From contig NW_021827893.1 in NCBI RefSeq assembly GCF_006345805.1, positions 1 to 9,748 of the forward strand: 9,748 bases of DNA, in the 5' to 3' direction. Origin of the DNA: Octopus sinensis (Eukaryota). Both the position numbers and the translations under genes were made by a program. Shown one piece after another: positions 1 to 7,180 of this stretch. Below the pieces are notes generated by a model, which worked only from the letters and a program-made list of their open reading frames with translations, ran no database searches and had not been told where the DNA came from. Numbering within the stretch: the first letter of the stretch is position 1; the number at the start of each line of letters is the position of its first letter.

Positions 1-893
1 TAAAATATCATACTACCGAAAAATTGTGTTAAATTTATCTTAACAATATACATTTCGCAGATATTGCAAATAACACTTATTCTGCACAAATCGATTCCGA
101 AGTAGTTTCATAAAACTGAAAATATCAGGGTTATAGTTATAATATCGTGATATATAATAACGAATAATACGAAAATAAGCTTCATACTGAAGTAAACAAA
201 ATGTGTTTCTGTATATTCCCCAGTAGTGATCGTGTTCCTAGGAGTGGGATGTATAGTGAAGAATATGGACGGTGGAGGCTTTTGTGACTAAAACAACAAC
301 GAAATTGATTTCATTATTTCCAAGGTTTAAATATATCAGTGCATATAAAGCATGTAATATACAGCGAGCAATCTCAATAGCAACGGTAAAATTACGACGG
401 ATTTGCTCAGAAAAACACTGCACAAAAATAATAGAATCACCGAAAATAGCTAGTAGAAACTGGATTTGAAAATATCCCACGGAACTGAACTATTATAGTG
501 ATTATAGCAATAACAGGTTCACCTTTGTAACGAAACTATTACATTTGTCAAAGCGATTAACTCGAAGCTTCCATACATGCGAAAATAATCAAATCCAGAG
601 TAACACTATAGTGATGTATATATTTATGTACAGCTAGTTGGAAGGGACATTGGGAAATAAAGCCCAGCTTCATGGCGAAATAAATACATTACATTCTCCA
701 TATCGTATTTACTTGATAGTTTTCTCGTAATTAGAGGGTCGCAGTGGAGTATGTACAAGTAATTCCTTTGTGCACAACACTACGTGGACAGTAGTATGAA
801 TACTACAATGTTGGTGTACACCGTTGAAAATAAATATTGAAAACTGAAACAAGAATTCAAATATGTACAACAGAGTTCACAGTAGCTTTACAT

Positions 894-906
894 CAAAATT
901 ATCATA
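894..906 (+). repeat. 13-bp direct repeat (candidate target-site duplication), left copy; right copy at 1405-1417
   Basis: CAAAATTATCATA occurs exactly on both sides of the inverted element, where arm similarity ends on the right. Confidence 0.7.
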
Positions 907-1404
907 ATTTGCTTTGGGATTTGGTTTGCAAAATGCTTTATATGAGTTCGTGTGTTGAAGCATCTTCTGTTGTGTCTGTCTGGGGAGACTCATTTTCTTT
1001 TTCTGCCTTATAATGTAACACACTTACCAGTAAAATTTCTACTTATTTCTCATTTTTATTTTCCTCAAATTTTCGTTGCGCCTTGCGTCTTGAAACCTTT
1101 TCAATAGCCTTGACTATTGAAAAGGTTCAAGACGCAAGGCGCAACGAAAAGGTTGCAAAGTCATTTTTTTTTGTGCCTTAATAATGTAACACACTCACCG
1201 GTGAAATTTCCACTTATTTCTTTTTTATATATTCCTAAAATTTTCGTTGTGCCTTGCAGCCTTTTCAGTAGTCTTGACTATTGAAAAGGTTGCAAGACGC
1301 AATGAAAATTTTAGGAATATAAAAATAAGAAATAAGTGGTAATTTCACCGGTGAGTGTGTTACATTATAAGGCACAAAAAGAAAATGACTCTCCCCAGAC
1401 ACAA
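907..1404. mobile_element. Inverted, partly duplicated Penelope-like element (PLE) terminal-repeat remnant (fold-back structure)
   Basis: Arms 970-1109 and 1160-1272 are reverse complements of 1113-1150 and 1276-1404, centred on (C)TTG(A). Read outward, the arms give a hammerhead-like motif, then a GT-AG intron (complete in two arms), then an ATG (963-961, long arm only). Flanked by the direct repeat CAAAATTATCATA (894-906, 1405-1417). The inverted structure is certain; the PLE assignment is inferred. Confidence 0.7.
1278..1314 (+). ncRNA. Minimal type I hammerhead ribozyme-like motif (U3:A8 core variant)
   Basis: CUA-UUGAAAA-g-GUUGC(aagac)GCAAU-GAAA-AU-U-U/UAG. Degenerate sister copies at 1062-1107 (-), 1234-1271 (-) and 1115-1150 (+, truncated). 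Confidence 0.45.
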
Positions 1405-1631
1405 CAAAATTATCATAGCAAATGCGATTTGTAAACTGATTAAGCAGGTATATTAATTATAGGGATAATACATTTATTGTAATACCTTTCTCACATAATA
1501 TTGTTTTTGTCAAAATATTTGGAGATGTGTTAACAGACGAAATCTGAATGAAATTAGAATTACAGCGATACTGCAATGATATGTACAGACAGCTAATGAA
1601 AGGAACTTGAAAATATAATCAATTTATATAT

Positions 1632-1785
1632 TTGATTTCAAATTTTGGCACAAGGCCAGCAATTTCCCTCGGAGTAGAGAGTAAGGCGATTATATCAATC
1701 CCGTATATATTTTACGGCCCCGAAAGAATAAAATGAAAAGTTGACCTCAACGAAATTTGAAGGCAAACTAAAGACAGCTCAATGC
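1632..1785 (-). mobile_element. Degenerate tRNA-derived SINE fragment, MetaSINE-like central domain
   Basis: The minus strand reads TCAAATTTCGTTGAGGTCAACTTTTCATTTTATTCTTTCGGGGCCGTAAAAT...GGCCTTGTGCCAAAATTTGAAATC. This is a B-box remnant followed by sequence resembling the Meta domain motif (CCTTTCATCCTTTCGGGGTCGATAAA). Family recognised from memory, not searched. Confidence 0.65.
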
Positions 1786-2098
1786 GTTCATAAATCCATA
1801 TATTGGATATAAATACATAAGGTATATTTAAAATAAACATTGAATACATCCATGGATTAACGATCAAGGATATATAGTTATACAGTCATGTGGTGCCTTC
1901 GATAATGGAAAGAAAATGCAGACAGTCGCATGCGTATTTTAATATTTCTATAGTCGATGGCAGAAAAGCCAGGGATATATCCGGAAAAAAGTGGAAGTTT
2001 CTCTACTCTTGAAAGATTTTGTAAAGGACAAAGGATTTTGCGAATACAACTGAATCCCTAAAAACAATATTATAATGGAATTGAATATCAAATTACAA

Positions 2099-2298
2099 AT
2101 AAGGTTGTTTGCCAACCACGTGATTCTGGGTTCAGTCCCACTGCGTGGCACCTTCGGCAAGTGTCTTCTACTATAGCCACGGACCGACCAAAGCCTTGTG
2201 AGTGGATTTGGTAGACGGAAACTGAAAGAAGCCCGTCGTGTGTATGTATATATATATATATATATATCAATATATAATATATAATATATAATGTGTGT

Positions 2299-2340
<42 letters not shown>

Positions 2341-2555
2341 GTTGTGTGTCGTGTTTGTTCCCCCAGCATCGCTTGACGACCAATGCTGGTATGTTTTCGT
2401 CTCCGTAACTTAGCTGTTCGGCAAAAGAGAGCAATAAAATAAGTACTAGGCTTACAAACAATGAGTCCTAAGATCGATTTGCTCGACTAAAGGCGGCGCT
2501 CCAGCATGACCGCAGTCAAATGACTGAAACAAGTAAAAGAATAAAAGAGTAAAAG
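2099..2555 (+). mobile_element. Octopus-type tRNA-derived SINE, copy 1 (5'-truncated, internal TA/TG microsatellite)
   Basis: B-box-like GGGTTCAGTCC at 2128-2138, internal microsatellite 2239-2340, 3' tail GGCGGCGCTCCAGCATGACCGCAGTCAAATGACTGAAACAAGTAAAAG. Aligns with copies at 6231-6623 and 7403-9039. Confidence 0.92.
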
Positions 2556-2669
2556 GATAGATAGATAGACTGATAGATAGAGAGATAGATAGATAGATAA
2601 ATAGATAGATAGATAGATAGGTAGGTAGGTAGGTAGGTAGGTAGGTAGGTAGGTAGGTAGGTTGGTTGG

Positions 2670-2704
<35 letters not shown>
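2556..2704. repeat. Compound tetranucleotide microsatellite (GATA)n-(GGTA)n-(GGTT)2-(GATA)n
   Basis: Read directly; starts immediately after the SINE tail. Confidence 0.97.
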
Positions 2705-3014
2705 GTAAGCTGCTATGTTTCTCACAGTGCTAAAGATTTGTAGTTATAAACACTTACTAATAACACAGTCACAGTAGTGCATGAAGTCTCAGAACTTAGA
2801 TGGGAAATATGAGATTTTGAGTCATTTTGGGGCATGATATACAAATCTCGAACAGGAAATTTAAGGAAATAATCAAGTTTTATATCGCAGTAAATATATA
2901 CTGATAAAGTTATTTGATATCAGATGCATACTGACAGGAGAGTAATTTCCAGTTAAACGATGTATTTAGACAAATATATACACACGTGTCTCATTTGTCA
3001 GGTTATCTTGAATC

Positions 3015-3113
3015 TATTGGGTTGTCCGGAAAGTTCGTGCCGATTTATAGCAGCTTACCTTTCGACTTATTTTAGAACATGGCTGAGTCCATAAAATAGG
3101 ATTTGACTACACC
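3015..3113 (+). mobile_element. Solo Tc1/mariner-like transposon end (TA + TIR)
   Basis: TA|TTGGGTTGTCCGGAAAGTTCGTGCCGATTT resembles mariner TIRs (TTAGGTTGG...AAAGTAATTGCGGTTT type). No partner TIR in the window; it ends at the CTT tract. The right boundary is approximate. Confidence 0.6.
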
Positions 3114-3121
3114 TCCTCCCC

Positions 3122-3166
3122 CTTCTTCTTCTTCTTCTTCTTCTTCTTCTTCTTCTTCTTCTTCTT
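3122..3166. repeat. (CTT)15 microsatellite
   Basis: Perfect trinucleotide run. Confidence 0.98.
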
Positions 3167-3180
3167 CCCTACCAAGAATT

Positions 3181-3889
3181 CACAACGACCTCGAACCCAC
3201 AAGTGTAAACAAGAGAGACAGAGAAAGGCAGAAACAAGGAAAATGCCATTTATATTTGAACACTATTTTTTTTATTTATTTATTTATCTAGTTTCAGCTC
3301 ACTAGCTGTGGCCATGCTGGGCAACGCATTTGGTGTTGCTCACATGATTTTACTTCACGAATGCTTTTAGCAATTGCCATTTGGTGCATGAGAGAGTTCG
3401 ATGCAGCTTCCCTCATCTACACCTCCTGCCGTGAAGTTGGTTCATCTGGGACACCTGACAAGAAGAGATCCAGTTTCATATTAAAGACATCTGCATCCAC
3501 CCCATGCAGGTCTCTTAGGTTCTTCGGGAGGATATTGAAGAGCTGTGGGCCTCGGAAGGCCAGGCTATCACAGTATCTTGTCCTACATCTTGATGGCAAA
3601 TTTGGAGTCCTTGGCACTATGCAGTGGCGCCCAGTTCTGGCATTTGTGTAACTCTTGATACCAAAGTTTGGGACAAGTCCTTCTAGGATCTTCCAGATGT
3701 ATATTATGGCATATCTTTCTCGCCTACGTTCTATAAATATTCTTTAAAAAAAACTTTTCTTTTAATTTTTCTAAATTTAATTATTTAATCGTTACAGTTG
3801 AAAAGGTCTCAAATGACTGAAACAGGTACTAAAATGTTGTTTATAAAATTATTTTAGCATTTTCTATCTTGACTTGTTTTTTCATATAT
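3181..3889 (+). repeat. Local duplication, copy A (3181-3264 + 3731-3889, interrupted by a LINE)
   Basis: Colinear with 5016-5260; about 18 differences over ~245 bp by eye. Confidence 0.93.
3265..3733 (-). mobile_element. 5'-truncated CR1-group non-LTR retrotransposon (ORF2 C-terminus, 3' UTR, A-rich tail)
   Basis: The minus strand encodes ERRRERYAIIYIWKILEGLVPNFG...FRGPQLFNILPKNLRDLHGVDADVF, with an in-frame TAG at 3419-3417. Tail is (TAAA)n plus an A-run. About 95% identical to 8257-8711 by eye. Confidence 0.95.
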
Positions 3890-3907
3890 TTATTTATATA
3901 TATATAA

Positions 3908-3939
<32 letters not shown>

Positions 3940-4148
3940 CATACATATCATATGTGGAAAATGTTGAGCCGGCACTACGTTCATTCCATGCAAGGTGATT
4001 TATAGTTCTTTGAACAACGTCCAAGTGATAAACCTAAACATCAACTAAATATATCACGATAATAATGATGATATCATTCTCGAATACTCGGTATCCATGT
4101 ATATTGTCATCACTTTAGTATGAAAAAAATATATTTAAATCTGATATA

Positions 4149-4180
<32 letters not shown>

Positions 4181-4184
<4 letters not shown>

Positions 4185-4989
4185 AATATTAGGGATAAAT
4201 CCAAACTTACAGGAAAAATCAGATTTAGGATTGATCCAATTTTATAGTAAAATATTATATTATATTAAACTAGCAGTATCGCCCGGCGTTGCTCGGTTTG
4301 TAAGGAAATAACTATATAAGCTTTTTTAGAGTTTTACTTCCCTTATATATGCCATTCGGGCTTTCTTAGCCATTTCTGTTTTGGTGTCTTCAAGCCATGA
4401 AGTCGTTGTTCTAAAAGAACGCTGGTCTCTCCTTGACAACGCTTTACGACGTTGATTTCCTTACACTCCCTTCCCCACAGCTTCCGAGGGAGGGAAGAAG
4501 GGGGAGAGCAACGCAGGTGCAGGTGTGACCATGAACGCCAACTCCGCCGCCATCGACACACGAAAATTATGCATTAAAATGGAATAAAAAATGATGTTAA
4601 TTATTTTTAAAATCGTAGACTCATTGTAGACGCGCGCTAATACTCAGACAGGCTCGATATGAATCACGACTATAAGATACCCAATTTGTTAAACTGCACC
4701 GCAAATGTGGGAGTAGTAGGATCTAAATCGAAGGGGACAGACACTCACACAACTACAGTTTTATATATATAGATTAGAGATAAAACCACTATTAGGCAAA
4801 TCATACAATGAAAAACTTAAGCCAATACATAAGATTATTTAATTTATATTATTTAAATATATAACAAAATTATTATATATATACATATATATATATATAT
4901 AAATGCATATATATATAAGCTTAGATAAACGTAGATATGTTTCGACCAAAGATTGGTCCAGGCCATGTCTAACTTAATAGCACCACCTG
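4181..4989 (-). mobile_element. Probable repeat remnant (possibly PLE terminal repeat) split by the Helitron
   Basis: Non-microsatellite sequence bounded by (TA)n tracts that rejoins across the Helitron (ATTAAA|TTAGAG). Carries a stem+GAAA half-hammerhead near 4930-4973 (-) and shares AATCCAAAC near its left end with the 7181-7354 element. Confidence 0.4.
4270..4773 (-). mobile_element. Non-autonomous Helitron, both termini intact (504 bp)
   Basis: The minus strand starts A|TCTATATATATAAAACTG and ends ...CCGAGCAACGCCGGGCGATACTGCTAG|T. It has 5'-TC, 3'-CTAG, a GC hairpin (4283-4296) 9 nt from the CTAG, an A^T insertion site and no TSD. Confidence 0.88.
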
Positions 4990-5015
4990 TATATATATAT
5001 ACACATATATATATA

Positions 5016-5260
5016 CACAAACGACCTCGAACCCACAAGAGTAAACAAGAGAGACAGAAACAGGCAGAAACAAGGAAAATGCCACTTGTATTTGAACACT
5101 CTACAAATATTCTTTTAAAAAAAACTTTTCTTTGAATTTTTCTAAATTTAATTATTTAATTGTTACAGTTGAAATAGTTTCAAATGACGGAAACCGGTAC
5201 TGAAATGTTCTTTATAAAATTATTTTAGCATTTTCTATCTTGACTTGTTTTTTCATATAT
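5016..5260 (+). repeat. Local duplication, copy B (uninterrupted; empty LINE site at 5100|5101)
   Basis: TTTGAACACT|CTACAAATATTC joins the two flanks of the LINE seen in copy A. Confidence 0.93.
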
Positions 5261-5294
5261 ACCAACTCGTGTGTTCCTTTTCATCCATATATAA

Positions 5295-5349
<55 letters not shown>

Positions 5350-5859
5350 GTGTTCATCCTTTTTGTCTCGGGAGACAACGGAGTTGCGCATAAAGTAGTC
5401 TGGTCCGGCTTTTACATTTTACATGTCCTGATACATTTCCTGCTGTGGCTGTGTATATATTTATATATATGAATGTGGTTATGTGACTATGTATATATGT
5501 GTGTATACATGCATACATGTCGCTTTTATAGCAAAATCATTACTTTTCTGCTGATTCAAAAGTGAGTTAACTGAACATAATTGAAACAAGGTATGTCTAG
5601 AGTAAGATAATGTAATTATATATTCATAGAATTATTGTCAAGAAGCTCTTGAAGATAAAGTGAATCTCAGTAATGAAAAGAAAATATATATACAGTTAGA
5701 GAAAAAAGTTGAATAAGTGATATAAATGATTTGATAAAAGTGCTTTAGGTAATTCTTATTCATTATGTTGTCGAAGTGTTAGTTCCCTCCATCTGCGTAC
5801 ATGTGTATGTATATTTAAATATGTGTGTGTGTGAGTGTGTGTGAGTGTGCGTGCGAGAG

Positions 5860-5965
5860 AGACGACGGCTTAGTGTATACAATGTTGATATCGTGGTTTT
5901 GGTTTCAATTCCTGGGCCAGCTGGTTCGTTGCGTTCTTGGAAAAAACACTTCATCTCAGGTTGTA
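5860..5965 (+). mobile_element. Degenerate tRNA-derived SINE head (different family)
   Basis: A-box-like GACGGCTTAGTGTA (5864-5877), B-box-like GGTTTCAATTCC (5901-5912), then TTGCGTTCTTGGAAAAAACACTTCATCTCA, resembling the 'GTGTCCTTGAGCAAGACACTT' post-tRNA motif of many SINEs. Confidence 0.6.
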
Positions 5966-6094
5966 TCTCTACAATCTCTACAAGTGGTACATTGTGCACT
6001 TATACAGACTGAGTTCTTTTGATGCAGGGAGCAAGCTAATGTACAGAGCATATAATTTGACCACCATAAATAATTGTACTGGTTGTACATTACA

Positions 6095-6143
6095 TACATA
6101 CAACATACACACATATAGATAATATATACATATATATATATAG

Positions 6144-6195
<52 letters not shown>

Positions 6196-6230
6196 CATAT
6201 ATGTATATGTATATATATATATTATATATA
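6095..6230. repeat. (TA)n/(CATA)n microsatellite; similar tracts at 3886-3950, 4152-4180, 5288-5343, 6625-6716, 7096-7180, 7355-7402
   Basis: Read directly; boundaries approximate. Confidence 0.95.
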
Positions 6231-6623
6231 CTCCTTTTACTCTTTTACTTGTTTCAGTCATTTTGACTGTGGCCACGCTGGAGCACCGCCTTTAATGGAG
6301 CAAATCGACACCAGGATTTATTCTTTGTAAGCTTAGTACTTATTCTATCGGTCTTTTTTGCCGAACCGCTATATTACGGTGACGTAAACACACCAGCATC
6401 AGTTGTCAAGTGATGTTGGAGGGACAAACAGACACACAAACATATACACACACACACATATATACATATACATATATACGACGGGCTTCTTTCAGTTTCC
6501 GTCAACCAAATCCACTCACAAGGCTTTGGTCAGACGACACTTGCCCAAGGTGCTACGCAGTGGGACTGAACCCGGAACCATGTCGTGGGTAAGGAAAATA
6601 CTTACCACACAGCGACTCTTACG
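6231..6623 (-). mobile_element. Octopus-type tRNA-derived SINE, copy 2 (near full length)
   Basis: The minus strand has A-box-like TCGCTGTGTGGTAAG, B-box-like GGGTTCAGTCC, an internal microsatellite and tail ...CAGTCAAAATGACTGAAACAAGTAAAAGAG. About 16 bp is deleted near 6533 relative to copy 1. Confidence 0.93.
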
Positions 6624-6672
6624 ACTATATATACATACATACACGCACATATATATATATATTATATATATA

Positions 6673-6718
<46 letters not shown>

Positions 6719-7061
6719 GTTGAAATGAAAGCATATTTGTGTTTACGTGTATATACGTATGCATTTAGCATCACTTCAAGTTAATGTAATGAAATTTATA
6801 TTAAATCCCACATCCCATGCAATGATGCTGTACGTTAATCATCTGTTAGCATGCAATATTATCTGAAATCCAATTGAGGAAAGATGACCTTAGCCTTTTT
6901 ATAACTTCACAAACTATCTTCGAAACCATCCGCATATAACTTGCAGAAACTACATATCTCTTAATAGGGATTACAGTAATCAGTCAATAAGCAAATTTAG
7001 AGAATTCTCTGACGCAAATTATGAAGTGTTTTTTGCTCGTAATAACTGCTCTGACCAAATC

Positions 7062-7095
7062 CGAAAATGACTGAAACAGGTAAAAGAATAAGAAT
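7062..7095 (+). mobile_element. Orphan SINE/LINE 3'-tail fragment
   Basis: GAAAATGACTGAAACAGGTAAAAGAATAAGAAT matches the SINE terminus (AAATGACTGAAACAAGTAAAAGAATAAAAG, 2518-2547). Confidence 0.6.
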
Positions 7096-7115
7096 ATATT
7101 ATATATATATATATA

Positions 7116-7161
<46 letters not shown>

Positions 7162-7180
7162 ATGTTGTATGTATATATAT

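Noticed and set aside
238-480. ORFs 238..480 (-) and 272..469 (+)
   Set aside because: Short, no recognisable motif, overlapping on opposite strands; consistent with chance.
907-1404. CRISPR array or DNA-transposon MITE
   Set aside because: No repeat-spacer periodicity and a eukaryotic context. The arms are unequal and lack true terminal inverted ends.
1485-1542. Candidate minus-strand exon (ISSVNTSPNILTKTILCEK) between TTCAG and GTATTA
   Set aside because: A 58-nt open frame is common by chance; no other support.
1844-2053. 69-codon plus-strand frame with one internal TAA (IHPWINDQGYIVIQSCGAFDNGKK...KDKGFCEYN) and an acceptor-like TTTCTATAG at 1953
   Set aside because: No family recognised, and such frames are expected by chance across six frames of several kb. 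A tblastn hit would revive it.
2088-2725. ORFs rich in TH, YI, YLSI and PTYL repeats
   Set aside because: Translations of SINE and microsatellite sequence.
3103-3291. Poly-Ser ORF
   Set aside because: Derived from (CTT)15 and runs into the LINE tail; begins at TTG.
3361-3651. 96-aa plus-strand ORF and its 193-aa counterpart 8331..8912 (-)
   Set aside because: Antisense shadows of LINE ORF2, extended by the GATA tract; their similarity only reflects the LINE duplication.
4343-4561. 72-aa ORF inside the Helitron
   Set aside because: No Rep/helicase motifs; openness is explained by local GC content.
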